Of a stretch of DNA of 64,000 nt, positions 1 to 14,099 are shown piece after piece. The notes under the pieces were generated by a model, which searched no databases, was not told where the DNA came from, and saw nothing but the letters and a program-made list of their open reading frames with translations. The DNA comes from Octopus vulgaris (Eukaryota): assembly GCA_951406725.2 (NCBI GenBank), contig OX597830.1, forward strand, positions 38,378,001-38,442,000. The letters are read 5' to 3'. Numbering within the stretch: the stretch's first letter is position 1; each line of letters starts with the position of its first letter. The position numbers and the translations under genes are program-made.

Positions 1-6
1 CCCCCT

Positions 7-7
<1 letters not shown>

Positions 8-74
<67 letters not shown>

Positions 75-405
75 ATGTCTAACTATCCACACATTCATCT
101 GCCTGCAGACATATATATACACACACACACATCTACATGCACACACACACGCGTCTACTTCTCACTCCCTAAGGACAAAAAAGAAAGACTTCTTTTACAA
201 ACAAACCGTGGCAGGGAGTTGTCCTTCCTTGTTGATATTGCCACAAAAATCCTTATATAACATTAGTACTTCTGCAGTTATATCAAGAGTTAAGGAAAAA
301 CGATATCATACACACGCACGCACACCTAGACACACATACACATATATAAATGAATAGATACATATCTATATCAATATCTATCGATCTATCTATTTATCTA
401 TTTGC

Positions 406-470
<65 letters not shown>

Positions 471-619
471 AATCTATCTATCAATCTATATATCTACCTA
501 TCTATCTATCAATCTGTTTATCTATCTATCTAATTATGTATCTATCTATCTATTTATTTATTTATCTATCTATATCTTTCTCTATATCTATATCTATCTA
601 TCTATCTACTTATCTACCT

Positions 620-680
<61 letters not shown>

Positions 681-743
681 CTCTCTATCTCTCTCTCTCT
701 ATATATATATATATAGAGAGAGAGAGATAGAGAGATAGATAGG

Positions 744-777
<34 letters not shown>

Positions 778-780
778 TAT
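8..780. repeat. (TATC)n/(GATA)n compound microsatellite with (CA)n
   Basis: Direct reading: tatc tracts at 8-72 and ~360-690 switch to complementary gata tracts at ~725-780. Confidence 0.95.
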
Positions 781-899
781 AGTCTGAGATAAAGTCGTTC
801 ACTTCAGCAATCCATACAGGAATCTGGGTAACATTGTGTTCAATAACCGAATGATGGGTTATACTTTATCTTATGTATTACTTAATGTCATATATAATA

Positions 900-1089
900 T
901 GAAATAAATACCGTTCGTTGACCGAGAGTAACATGACGAGACTTCTCTTTCAACGAATTGAAGTAATAATTTTCGATGTGTATCGTTATTAAATGATGTA
1001 ACCTATATTATGTGTATATATATATATATATATGTGTGTTTGTGTATACATGTATATAGGTGTATAATAATTATGAATATATATATATA

Positions 1090-1123
<34 letters not shown>

Positions 1124-1560
1124 TATATATATATATATATAGCTATGTATACATGTTTGTATGTATGTTGTTATTGCCTCTCAGACCAGACGGCCGTGTT
1201 CTTTCTTTTCTCCATAACTCAATAGCGCAGATCACACAGATTCAACGATATTCAATTGAATTGAATCTACTTCAATGAATAATTTGGAAGTTGTTTCTTT
1301 TTTGAAAACGCTTTGAATATCGGTGAAATACTGACATTTCAGGTAACTAGGTAATACATTAACCATATATTCTTACATTTCAGAACAGAAATATGTATAT
1401 GTCTGTTGTTTTGAATTAATGATGTCGTTTTTTTTTTTTTTGTGTTTTTGTTTTTTGTATTGCCAAGGCATTAACTGGCAATTATTCCACAATAACCTCA
1501 CTGAAGATCATATGTAACCCGACGTATTTTATATTCACTCATGCATGAACCCCTTCGTTT
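900..1560 (+). pseudogene. Decayed LRR-coding tract (segment 1)
   Basis: Manual translation gives RDFSFNELK (~938), FLHNSIAQI (~1207) and NNLEVVS (~1278), which resemble LxxLxLxxN(L/I) units. Interrupted by (TA)n and many stops. Confidence 0.4.
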
Positions 1561-2149
1561 AATATCCCTTACAACTAAGTATATAAACATCATATCTCAT
1601 TAGCTTAATTTGCGACAAGAATGTAAACACTTCATCAAAACAATTTTAAAGGATTTCGTTTTTGTATGCGGTTTGCAAGATCCTTCATGTAAATTCGCGA
1701 GCTGAATCATATGCTATTGTGTCAGTGGAGGGTCATTTTCCTTTAATGCCTTATTAAATTAACACACTCACCGGTTTGATTTCCACTCATTTACTTGTTA
1801 TTTTTTACTACAAGTTTCATTTCGACTTGCAACCTTTTTAATAGTCGGTGTTTCTGTCCGTTATCGGAATTGCGTTTTCTTTAAGTATGTATGTGTGTGC
1901 GTTAGTGTACATACATACATATATACATACACATTTGTATGTATGTATGTATTTGTGGGCATGTATGTATGTGTATGCATGTATTTATATATATATATAT
2001 TCATGTGTGCATCTTTGTATGTATGTACTCTGCATGCATATGTGTGTACTTAGGTATGTGTGTATGCAGTAGCATCTACCCTTAGTGGTTAGCCACATTT
2101 AAGTGACAAATATACTTCACATTGTCGTGCAGCTACTGTTTATACCTCG

Positions 2150-4440
2150 TTCAGAGATTCATTATTGCTTGTTTACATTTTTTCGAAATCAGTGACATTT
2201 GTCACTGGAAAAAGGATATATGTATTTGCATTGGGGCGCCTTCGCATCGAAGACCGCTGATTTTTTCAATTTTCCTTGGATTTAGGTCGAATTCTTTTCT
2301 GCTGCAAGCTGTTGTGTGAGTTCGTTTCTGTTTGTCATTTTTGTTCTCGTGTTACACATGTAAGTTTTGAACTGTTGTCTTTTGAGACACAGTAATTTTC
2401 TCCCTATGAGGTAGAACATTTCTGTTTTTTGTGCGAACTGTTAATCTTTACAGGTAATTTTTGAAAAAAATTATTTATTTTCTTGTCATTTGTGACAAGT
2501 TTCTTGTTTTCTTACAATAGAACTTGACTTAACGTCAAAAACAGATGTTCTCGAGATGGGAGAAGTTAAAAACGTCGACAAACAAAAGGTCACACAAGCT
2601 AAACAAAGTTTATCTGATGCTGTAGGCGGCAATATTGTAGAACTGGAAGTGACAATGGACAAGCTCTTCCAGTTCAGACAGTTAATTAAAAAAAAACGGT
2701 GAAGAAACAAGATAGATACCCCCCCCCCTGAAATTATGCAAGCCATTCGTGAAAAGACGGTTATTTACAGAGTCTATAATATAAAAGAAAAAAAAATCCG
2801 GACGTAGAAAATGAAATAGTCGAACGGTGCATGGCGTCAATATGGAATAAGTTTCGCTACGTTAGTCGAAGAGTGAGAAGCGCTACGATAGAAGTGCATC
2901 TCGAGTCCGCTAGCGTAGCGAAAGAAATTTCAACACAAACGTTGTAGAGCGAATACATCATGCTGCTTCCCAATTAGTTAGGTAGCAGAACTGCAAAGGT
3001 AACGGTAGAAGACATACCCAGGGATTATGAATTAATGCGGATGGTAACAGCAATTATTTTCGACGTAGAGGGAAAATTATCCATATTGAGCATGAGGAAA
3101 AAAGAGGCGACGAATTGGAAAGGCCAATAACTTGAAATCATAATTCAAGCGGACAATTCTACGCTCGAAAGTTTGCCAGATAGGGTCTTGGTGGAGGAGG
3201 GTCATACTATACTTGTATCGGTGGAGGGACGTAGGCCCAGATGTTTCAAGTGCGGACAGAAGGGCCACGTTCGCTCCGAATGCACGAAGAAAAAACGGTT
3301 AATGTCCCTCCTCAAAACGCTGTGAAAAACACAGAAAACAACAGAACAGACAACACAGCAACAACAAAAGAAAACACGGGAAAAAACATACTGAAATTCA
3401 AAAGGAGGAAAAGAAAAAGAATGAAAAAGAAAACGAAAAAGAAAAGGAGGAGGGAAACAATCTAACAAAAGTAAACGAACAGGAAGAAATGGAGTACACG
3501 ACTGTGACACACAAAAGGAAAAAATCTAACTCCCTGGACTCCCCACCCCAAACAAAAAAAAAAATAAATGCAGACGAACAACACAAAAAAATTCTCCAAT
3601 CCCACCCCGCTCGTACTACGTTTGTAGGACAGCATTTCAATAAATCCCACCCCACAACGCTAAAAGGTTTTTTAAAGAAACTGATTAGTGTATAGCATTT
3701 TATAGCGAAAAATGAGAAGGTGGAGTGGTTTATAAAAGCAAGATCTCAAATCAAATGTTTTAAAACTACACAGAAAGACCCTGAATGAAAATACGCAAAG
3801 GTTGGTGAGGAAGAGTGGAAGGATAGAAATTTCCAACAGCATGTGAAGGACAATCTCATCAAAGATGTCACCCAGGAGGTGATAGCTGGTAGAGTGCACA
3901 TCAGCCCGGCCGCCACACCAATCCAGAGCCCTGTGGCCACGCATTTGAAATGCCCAGCAACAGCGGAGAGTGTTGGGGAGGCAGGCAGACATAAACTGCC
4001 ATGCTTCCTCTCACAACCGTAAGTAATCTATTTTCTTTCTTTGATGATTAAGTTGATGATTAAGAACACAACTTTGAAAAATATGTCACAAATTGGTAGA
4101 GAACTTCCGAAAAATTTCACCAGTTTTGGAGGCCCCCAAAACAACACAAATCTCACAATTAAGTGAGACAGCATGACTATAGGCAGACAAATACCTCGGA
4201 ATCCAGTAGGGATTTCTTGTTAAAAAAAAATTAACAAACAACAAACCCCCACTGAATCCCCAAAAAACAAAAGTCTTACCTTATAGCTGCACCTTCGAAT
4301 TCCTTCAATTCAAGAGTGCTGCGAAGCAAGTCTTGACAATACCAGTGCAAAAACAACTGCTCACCTACATGACGATCAACAAATTGCACGTCAATAATAA
4401 AAAAAAAGGGCTTCGGTGCTACATTCGTAGTTTCGTTACT
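2150..4440 (+). mobile_element. Degenerate non-LTR retrotransposon ORF1 (L1/Tx1-like) with CCHC zinc knuckle
   Basis: ~3220-3290 translates to VEGRRPRCFKCGQKGHVRSEC (CX2CX4HX4C), followed by Lys/Glu-rich low-complexity coding. Multiple frameshifts and stops; ends approximate. Confidence 0.7.
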
Positions 4441-4449
4441 AGGCGTCAT

Positions 4450-5900
4450 ATATTTAATGATTCAATGACATGACATAGTGCTCAGAATCGTTCTTCTTTC
4501 TGACCACTGATTAACAAGTCAACTTGAAAACAGATTTTTAAAGCCTTTTATCTTTAAAACACACTTTGAAAAACGTCATCTATTTACTCATTTTCTGATA
4601 GAGGTTCTTCCATCTACTGCCGCTTTACCACCCACTCTTTTTTTCTTTCTTTACTCGTTTATCTTCCTTTTTCTCTGCTTCTTTGTATTTAATCTTTCTT
4701 TACATTAAATATGTGATATAATCAGCAATAAAAACAACAAAATGAACAACAAAAACGGTAAACTATTCTTAACTTTAAACTTTGTGACTCTCTGGTGGCC
4801 TGTCCCATTAGCGCTAGCACAAAACATCCATTCTCTTTATTCCTTGGTTACCTATCTATTCCCTCAGTAAACGAATCTGTTTACACATCAGTGTTATTTT
4901 CGTCGTCGTAGTCGCCATCCCGATCACCATTTTTGCTGTTGTTACTGGGACTACTACAACTATCTCTAACAGAAACAATAGTTTCTGCGTCAGCTCAGCC
5001 CAACAACGCATCTATTACATAACTACCGAGCCTTAATCTACTTGCTGCCTAGAAACATCAATAAAAACACAAGTGATCTTCAATATACACACAAGAATAA
5101 CACAGAATCATGATATCGGCAGCTGTTTCCTATGCAAGAGTGCATCCTGACCACGTGATTGTACTTTTAACTGCATAGCCGGTAGAGGACACTCGATCAA
5201 AATATAATCCACGGACGAAAGTTTTTACCAGAGTAACAAAGCACAAATATTATATCCTCTCCTCAATAACTTTAATCCTACAAAATCTGCTCTTCATCAT
5301 AATGATGAAGTGTCCTTATTGTTTGCTAAGCCAATTATGGTCCATTTGAACATGACCTACATATCGACGGCAACGACAGCTGCCAACTGCATGCTAATAA
5401 TGTTGCTTAAGGTAACGGAAGAGATCCAGTGATCACCATCAATGTGACGCATCAACCACAAATTTTATCTCAGTGCAGCAAATGTTCCCATTACTGCCAT
5501 TAAAGAAGGACTTTTCAGGGTTATTAAACTACACAAAGGAATAGGTTCCTTAGGTTATTGTTACGAAATGTACTAGGGAGCAGCCCATATATAAATTTTA
5601 CCACAGTACACAGAGATCATGTAATCTGATGGAAAAGGGTTTTCTTATATTGCTCTACGATTTTTTCACTGCATTGTGACACAGCTTATTTTTCCTCAAC
5701 TGGTTATGCCTCGTTGCACGAAATAAAACAAAGAAGGAAAGTACACTCATGGTCAATTTCATCCAAGAATTAATACTTGAATACCACCCGGTAAACAACG
5801 TGCTTTCTTGTTTCAGTGAACTATTTGTCCCCAAATATGACCTCCAAATATATGTAAGTTAGAAATGGTTTGGTGAGGTAATGTCCAAAAGTTCTCTAAA
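4450..5900 (+). pseudogene. Decayed LRR-coding tract (segment 2)
   Basis: 5457-5537 reads HKFYLSAANVPITAIKEGLFRVIKLHK. Also KTDF*SLLSLKH (~4528) and IT*LPSLNLLA (~5013). Confidence 0.6.
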
Positions 5901-6039
5901 TCATAGTTACGGAAGTCAGAATCCCAAATTTATGTAATATATACGCCTTTCGACAGAAAGGAATTATAAGAGGAAATTTAATAGAGAGAGAAGGAAAAAG
6001 ACGTGTAGGGTTCAGCGATATATATATATATATAAATTA

Positions 6040-6925
6040 GTCAGGGAGGTGAAGTTTTATATTTTCATTCCACATATTGCTTGGTGTTCATTTTGATGTG
6101 AGAAATGAATTAATGATTTTTTTAAAGTATGCGACCACCCCTGCTGCTCGCATAGCCCTCCCCCAATTCTACGTTTTGAATACTGAAAATGTAAAGAACT
6201 CTAAACTTGTTTTAATGCTATTAACTTAGAATCGGTGAAGTACTACCTATATAACATTTTACAAATCATATGCAACCCTCCAACACAACCACCACCACCA
6301 CCACCACTTGAAAAACAGTTATTGGAAACTTTATATAGTTTGTATTAATTTTTTAAATAAGAAAAGCCTATATTCAGAAAAACACTTTCAAAGTAAAAGA
6401 AAACATGAAAATTCTTAATGATTATTATATGCCATAAAACAAACTATGCACGAACCTCAAACAAAATACATGAACAGTGAACACTATAAAATAAGTATTA
6501 ATAGTATTTACTATTTAATTATCATTGTTTTTTCCAGTCAAAGTGAGGTAAATTTTGTCTCGATTTCTGTATATTTAATATGAATTTGTGACTATTTTCG
6601 TAGCCTATACTGACTTCAGAAGCTTCTGTCACTAAATTGATAGCATGCTCGACACCTTGGCTATGACAAGGAAGAGGTATGTATATATATATATGGCCCA
6701 AAAGTAGGTTTACAGTCATCAAATAGGCAGTTTAAATGTATATTTAAACATTTTATTACATTTAAATTTCTATCGTACAAACTGAAAAGGGAGCTTGACA
6801 AAATTAACTAAATTAGCATAGAAAAATGATTTCCTATCTTTTTATAATTAAGATCTAAACTGTTAATACATGAGTGCGAAAGAGATAGATGAATAATTGT
6901 AAACCCACATTTGGGTCACCCTGTA
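6040..6925 (-). mobile_element. hAT-like (hATm-type) DNA transposon deletion derivative
   Basis: ORF 6522-6722 has PCHSQGVEHAINLVTEAS...SRQNLPHF, matching the PCHxQxVERxVKLVTEAS C-terminal motif of hATm-like transposases. A CAGGGTG terminus lies on the - strand at ~6916-6922. Confidence 0.6.
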
Positions 6926-6931
6926 TATATA

Positions 6932-6993
<62 letters not shown>

Positions 6994-7122
6994 TTATGTG
7001 AAATAGAAAGATGAATAATCTTGTAGTAGATTAATCAAAAGTTTCGAAACACGTGTAGAATGAAATAAAACGATTTCTGTTCAATCTGCGTTCAGCTCCA
7101 TTTCTTCAATTCACCAATAATG

Positions 7123-7172
<50 letters not shown>

Positions 7173-7994
7173 TTATATATGTATGTGTATGTGAGCGCGC
7201 ATGTACGTGTGCAAGTGTTATATGTTGATGAAATTGAAATGCATATGCTACATGCTTTTATATAAAAGTTGCCATCGGCATAGTGGTTTATAAGTCGATG
7301 AAAAACCAGGTACTATCTTCGGTTTTATTCCTTTATTGCTGTCGTTCAGCAGCAGGTGAACCGCGGTCAGTTAAGCCAATGAAGAAAAATCACCTGAGTT
7401 GTGTCCTTCATGTATATCAACTGAGAAAGTTCTTCGAGTAAATCAGTGAATATATTTCTCTATTAAAGATAGAAGAATATAGTCTAATGTCGATATCACC
7501 ACTCTTTCCTGCATGTTGAATGATGACTTAACTGATAACTCATTTGATTGTAAAAATATTATTGCACCAATGAGATCCAGCAGAAGAAGAGAGCGAGATC
7601 ATAATGCTGAGAAATTGATGGATATAAAATGGTTGTATATGCCCTGATACAAAATGACTTAGGTCATTGGAATGATGTTGTAAATAATAGCAATATCTTA
7701 GCAAAAAACCTATAAACAGGAAGCAGTGGAAGAAAATGTGATAATATTCGTGAGGGAGAAAGAACGGACTACTTGAGATTAGGAGGGATTAGGAGACATA
7801 AGCTAAGGGATAGATGGAAATTGAGTATGACTATGAGAGTGTTAAAACAGGCGAGTGAGGGTGACTTAGAGAGTGTGTGTGTGAGATAGAGATAAAGTTA
7901 TGAAACTGAACTATAAGGCAATTGTAGCGAAATGCATACATGAGCAATTTTTATGCAAGGATATAAATTTTTAATCAAGAATATAAAATGTAAA

Positions 7995-8340
7995 GGCGCA
8001 TGGTTCAGTGGTTAGAGCACCAGACTCACAATCATGAGGTAGTGCGTCTGATTCGAGGACTGGGCAGTGCGTACTGTTTTTGGGCAAGATACGTTATTTT
8101 ATGTTGCACCAGATCACTTAGCTGCAGAAAAATGTTGCGACACCACTGATGCGAATCTGCATTGGCCTTTTTCTTCCCTTTGGATAATATTGGCTGCGTG
8201 GAGAGGGAAGGCTGCCATGCATGGGCAACTGCTGGTCCGCCGTAAATAACCCTGCATAGATTAATGTGCTGGAGGAGGAATTTGTAAATGCAGTCCTATG
8301 GCCATTTATGACCGAATGATGAAGGTCTTTACGCTACCTT
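7995..8340 (+). mobile_element. tRNA-derived CORE-type SINE (diverged)
   Basis: GGCGCATGGTTCAGTGGTTAGAGC A-box head, a degenerate B-box, and a TTGGGCAAG CORE-like segment. Confidence 0.75.
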
Positions 8341-8356
8341 TATATCTATCTATCTA

Positions 8357-8402
<46 letters not shown>

Positions 8403-8409
8403 CACAGGC

Positions 8410-8442
<33 letters not shown>

Positions 8443-8450
8443 AACTCACA

Positions 8451-8509
<59 letters not shown>

Positions 8510-8512
<3 letters not shown>

Positions 8513-9600
8513 CGTGAAAACTGTATTGTACGTCGTAGGCAGTTGGATATCATTGTACTATCACTAAGGTTATATAGAGATCAAAATTGTATTGGACGCT
8601 GCAGAGTTCCAATCTTCCACATGATTTAAAATATATGTGTAATTATCATTTGGTTAATAATAACTTTGGCTCAATGCAATAAATATGTTAGCCCGCAAGT
8701 ACCTATGTTGTTTGTGCAGAAGTAACGTTAGGCGATTTTTCCAAGATCTATATTTCGAATTGTCATGTTACATAAAAATACACACAAGGTAGTTTCTGTC
8801 ACTTTACCCCAGTGTGTCAGTTCTGTATGTCCTGAATATGCCGCCGTGCTCTCCGTATTTATCAAAAATCCGAAATGCGTTTTCGTATTTCGTTTCTAAT
8901 CATTCTAATTTTAGGTCTTTTCGATATGGCAATTAAAAAACATATTCGACTGAGAGCCAGTCCTGATTTCATTAGACTTGAATCTCTAAAATACTGGCAG
9001 GGCACAATATGTGTACAAATGGTCCTAATACCATGAATCGTGATTCATAAGTATACACATGTATGGATTAACTAATTATGAGATAATCAATTTCCGTAAA
9101 TAACTAATTTAATTAGACTTTAAGCTCCAATAACGAATCACATTGAACATTACTCCTTAGACACAAGTGGTACTTAAATGAAAACTTAAGGAAAAAATCG
9201 GGAATGGAAAGACGAATAAAGAAGCTTTAATTAGACACTTTATTAAGAATTCATGAGACTTTCTGCTCCGGCGTCAATTCGCAGAAATTTTCACTAAGTC
9301 CAACTGAATATATTCATGTCACTTAAGAACCGTTTTAGGTATGGATTTCTAATTTAAGAAGCATTACAAATCACTATGCACTAATTAAAGAGAAATAGAC
9401 AGAAACACTGTTTTCAAGCTACTTGATGAATGCTACATACGGACGTGTCTTTGAGCCGAAATGTATTTTGATAGAGTTTGTCACGTTTTTGTAACGCTTT
9501 ATCCAATTCTTTACTCATATTCATTCGCATTCAGATCATCAGAGTACAAACACGCCTGATATTCGTCTTCCGCTATTCAATATATTAAGCAAAGGAGTAT
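8510..9600 (+). pseudogene. Decayed LRR-coding tract (segment 3)
   Basis: LSLRLYRDQNCI (~8558), PDFIRLESLKYW (~8962) and NIFMSLKN (~9307); many stops. Confidence 0.45.
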
Positions 9601-9619
9601 CAAAAATATATCATCATAG

Positions 9620-10830
9620 AGGACCATTTCTCACCTGGCGATCCTGGGCAACCTTCATATTCCCACGATCACGTCTCCTCTCAAACTGATCACCACGTAA
9701 TCACACCTAATTTAGCATTGAATATTGGCGGACTCTAGTCGGAAACTGCGGATGTACAATCGGCCAGTCAGCCTCCCGTTGTAAGTGATCGCTCATTACA
9801 CTGTATTATTCACAGCAGAAAGTTTAAAGAGAGCGCTGAAAGTTGACTGCTACTTCCGCTCTCAAAGCAGAAATAGCGATCCATCCAAAAGCCTCATCAA
9901 AACGCTCAAGTAAAAAAAAAAAAAAGATTCCGTACATCTATTTATTACGACATCATTCAAAAGCTACCAGAAACATTTTCCGATTTGCACGGATACCACA
10001 GTGATTGTTATAAATATTTCACAGCTATCACAGATGATGTTCAGCCTCTAGAAACGCCTCCTAGTCCATTACAAAGAAAACGCAAAATATCAACAGTGGT
10101 ACCTACAACTTCTGCCGGCATTTACTCTCAGGTCTGCGTATTCTGCGATTCGAAGCGCAAATCAACTAGGCAGTGCTGTTGCTCCGGGAGGAATTGAAGA
10201 GTGTGAAAAAGCGAAATCTGAACTATCCACTGACCACAGAGGCTTTACTGCACGGAGAGGGGGACCCTACTGACTTGGAGAAGACTTTCTACCGGAATTT
10301 TTATTGTGGTTTTGTCAAGCAAACCCCCTGTACAATTCGTCGTGCTGATGCTACTAGTCAGAATTCCTTGTCTGTCGTTACGCATGGAGCGATCAAACCC
10401 CACAAACACTTCGCAATGGGTATGGGTATGAAATCTATGACAGGCAGCAGAAAGGTAGTCACCCTCTTGAACCGTTGTGGCTACAGCATCAATTATCATT
10501 GCGTAGAGGAACTAGAGACTGAATTGGCCTTTGCCCACAATGTGAAGCGAACCATCATCCCCGAGGGTGTACAACCAAACCGAGTAATGGGGAATGCCTA
10601 CCATAATTATGACAAACTCACCTGCACTCTATCAGGTGCCGCAATGAACATTTGCAACGATACCAACGTGCAAGATTCGGTGTGAACTTGTGGAGAGATG
10701 CCGCTCCTGCATTATATCCTTTAGCTCCCAAATATTTCACTTATATTACTTCTTTAATCCACAGGAAACTCTAGGCAAACTGAAATTTAAGGAACGCATA
10801 TAAACGAAAATATCAGACCACACTGATTAT
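9620..10830 (+). mobile_element. DDE DNA-transposase remnant (tentatively CMC/Chapaev-like)
   Basis: ORFs 9985-10197 and 10173-10685 contain GYHSDCYKYFTA, CVFC, KHFAMGMGMKSMTGSRKVVTLLNRCGYSINYHCVEELETELA and HNYDKLTCTLSG, motifs typical of large invertebrate cut-and-paste transposases. Family assignment is uncertain. Confidence 0.65.
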
Positions 10831-13450
10831 TTGAATACATACATCTCAATGACTGATATAATTGTTTGAATTATTCCCCGTACATATGTATTTGCCTTTA
10901 TTTTATAAAATCTGGAAAACTCAAAAAATGAATGTAGATAGATGAAAATAAAAATGAGAAAAAGAAATTCAGTCCTGTGAAAATTTCTGCCTAAACGTGA
11001 CATCGACAATAATCGATCATTAAATATTTTTTTTCTTGCGTCATTTTGAATGGCATGCGCTTTTCCGAAAGAAGTATTCTGAAATCAAAATGGGAGAAAT
11101 ATTTTATACTCTGTTTGTATTGTATTCATACAATTAAAAATATTTAAAATAGTTTCGATTAAGTGGATTCAATTATTATTGCATTCAAAATTTATTTCCG
11201 TATTTCCAGCTGTCATTAAAAGCGTAATTCTACAATGGTTTTCGGTTTATTGTTAAATATAGCACAGTGCTTTTTGGTATAATTTTATCATTTAAGAAGT
11301 AGAGAGGAAAATTATTACAATCGTTGGATGATTCAAATTATGTATGTTTTTCTTTATAAGGGCAATTCTAAATTTATTATTTGATTAGGAAAATTTAAAA
11401 TGGGACCATAAATGTTTATGCTTTTCCGAATTATTCTCGCTGAACACACCTTTAAAGGCTTTAAATTCATAATATTTTCATTTTAGAGAAAAGAGGACTG
11501 TGGGAAGGAAGGTGCTAATTAACTAAATATGTTTAAGAGATGAATCAATATAAATGTATTCACCGCCTAGATGAGAGACACTGAATTCTGAGATAGCCAG
11601 AGTTTGCAAAGGAACTCATCAAAAACAATACTTTCAAAGCCGTATGAAAAAATGCGAATTTGTTAAGGTGCACCGGAATATAATTTTGAATATTACGGAT
11701 CACACGATAATCTACATACACCATTTTCGGGAATAGAAACTAACTCCGTTTAGAAGTAGTAACTTGGTCACGAAATCTCAGAGAAATCGCTTTGTACATT
11801 ACGACAAAGGACACCAATAATAGCTAGCAACATATGGAGTACCAAAAAAAGATATTGGCTCATATTTGTGGGTCTATGTTGCGTGGCTGGCTAAATAATG
11901 TTAGCTTCAAATATTCAGTGAATTAGATTGCCGCGGTGTCGTACATACCGTTGATATTATTTATCATTTCCTATTGTTCTATGTTCCGATTACTCTTAAG
12001 CACAATAAAGGGAAAACCACCTCTTTTGTCTGTTTGAGAGAGATCGTGTTAATAATTGCTCAAACGCATTCGGAAACGATATATAAATTTTTATATAGAT
12101 TCTAAGATTTTCCCCACTTGAATTCTGTCACGTATCTTCTGGGATACATTAAATATGCGCTCATAGTGAATCTGGGATTATAATTTTCAATGCATTGCCT
12201 TCTCTGACAGAGTTACGACTGAGATTCTTTGGTACGTATTCGGAATTGAAACGATTTTGTAAAGAGAAATCACTGTCTATTAAACTATCATTGGTCTATC
12301 CAAAATAGAAACATCAGTAAATGTTAAAATAAATATAAATCTCAAAGAAATATCAAATACATTTATTTAATTACGATTGGTTTTGTACGCTTGGTCTTGG
12401 ATTAGCAGGTGCTGTAGCATATATAACAGCGTATGGAACATCGATTTTAGATAAATTTTCTGTTAAAGTAAATAAGGAATTGTATAAATTTATAAAGATT
12501 CAATCATTCCAAAATAGGGAACTAGGCCCCGAAGCTGAATTTGCAGATATATCAAATGTATTTTGATAGAACAATTTCTACATATAATATAAATCCCCCC
12601 GCCAAAAAAAAACCCAGAAGCATTCATAATTAAGTCTAAACTGTTGAACACATACAATGCATCAAAATGTATATGTATGAATAATTCAATTCTATCTCAT
12701 TTTCGTTCCAAATGTGAGTGAAAAGAAAGAAAAAGTAGTAATTTGAAAATGAATGTATATCGATCCTTTTTAAATATATAAATCTTTTAAATGTTAGTTT
12801 TTCCCTTCATGTTGTTGACAAATAATCAATACTTAACATTGTAACCATCAGCGTGAACCCAAGTCATAATGCATGCGACTGTATTCGCTGCAATGATAGT
12901 AGGTGGTAAATATAAATAATCTGTTTCTTGCTGATTGTATTATATTGTATTATTAAGGAAAGGGAGGTTTGTATTTTAAAGGCATAATTGAATACATCGT
13001 CTTATTTTACTGGTGAATATTCTCATATAAGTTAGAGAAAGTACAGTTACTCCAATACAATATGTATCAACTGTCCGATATTTCTATGAATTTAAGTACG
13101 AGTGATTGATGGATAAATGGATAGATAAATGAATGCAGGGTTTTTCGATTTTTGGTTTGTTAGTGGATTACGTTAATAACGTCTGTTTTCGGTGGATGAA
13201 CATCACTAATGAGTTGCAAGCCTGAATCAGTACAATCCCATCTTCACACAATGTATCTGTTTTCTCATTTTTATGTCTTAGAAACAAACCGTTATTAAGA
13301 TATCTTGCATGTGAAAATCATGTCGAACATTGTGCACTCGCTTTGTTAAAAATATCATGGATGCACACAGAATGACTGATATCGCTAAATATATGTTTTT
13401 CCCCTTCAAATTTTAGCTGAAAATTTTGCTAGCTCCACGATATAAGTGGG
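10830..13450 (+). pseudogene. Decayed LRR-coding tract (segment 4)
   Basis: TINVYAFPNYSR*THL (11405), LIKNNTFKAV (~11615), FSGIETNSV (~11724) and FNALPSLTELRL (12186-12221). Confidence 0.65.
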
Positions 13451-13484
13451 CATTAATTGGCATATTTAGGTAGCGTTTTGTAGG

Positions 13485-13662
13485 CGAGAGAGAGAGAGAG
13501 CGAATGAGAGAGAGAGAGAGAGAGAGAGAGCGAATGAGAGAGAGAGAGAGAGAGCGAATGAGAGAGAGAGAGAGCGAATGAGAGAGAGAGAGAGCGAATG
13601 AGAGAGAGAGAGCGAATGAGAGAGAGAGTGAATGAGAGAGAGTGGAGAGAGAGAGAGAGAGA
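13485..13662. repeat. (GA)n with periodic GCGAAT interruptions
   Basis: Direct reading of gagagagagcgaatgagag units. Confidence 0.95.
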
Positions 13663-13820
13663 GTATGGCAATGAAAGGAAGAAGGGGACGAGAAAGCGAG
13701 TCGACTACTTGATTGTACTTAATGTGTTGACCTCGAAACGATCAGTGTAAAAGTTAGCGTTCACTAGACTTCAGTACAAAACAGAAGAGAACTACAATAA
13801 ATTATCTTTTCTAATTTATG

Positions 13821-14017
13821 CACAAGGCCCGAAATTTTGGGGGAGGGGGCCAGTCAATTATATCGACCCCAGTGCGTAACTGGTATTGATTTAATCGATC
13901 CCGAAAGGATGACAGACAAAGTCGACCTCGGCGTAATTTGAACTCGTAACGTAACGGCAGACGAAATACCGCTAAACATTTCACCCGGCGTGCTAACGTT
14001 TCTGCCAGCTCGACGCC
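13821..14017 (-). mobile_element. tRNA-derived Meta-type SINE (family B)
   Basis: Reverse complement gives GGCGTCGAGCTGGCAGAAACGTTAGCACGCCGGG...GAGTTCAAAT...GTCGACTTTGTCTGTCATCCTTTCGGGATCGAT...TACCAGTTACGCACTGGGGTCG. The family recurs several times in the window. Confidence 0.85.
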
Positions 14018-14099
14018 TTGGAACGACAGCAAATGTTGCAAATTGAATTTATCCAATGTGCCAACATCTTCACCCAGTTCAGTTGCCGCCATACTGAAT

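Noticed and set aside
7300-7900. Possible Penelope RT fragment on the - strand (IYMKDTT); similar weak hint at 44500-44850
   Set aside because: Only single short motifs are visible, which is insufficient to support a feature.
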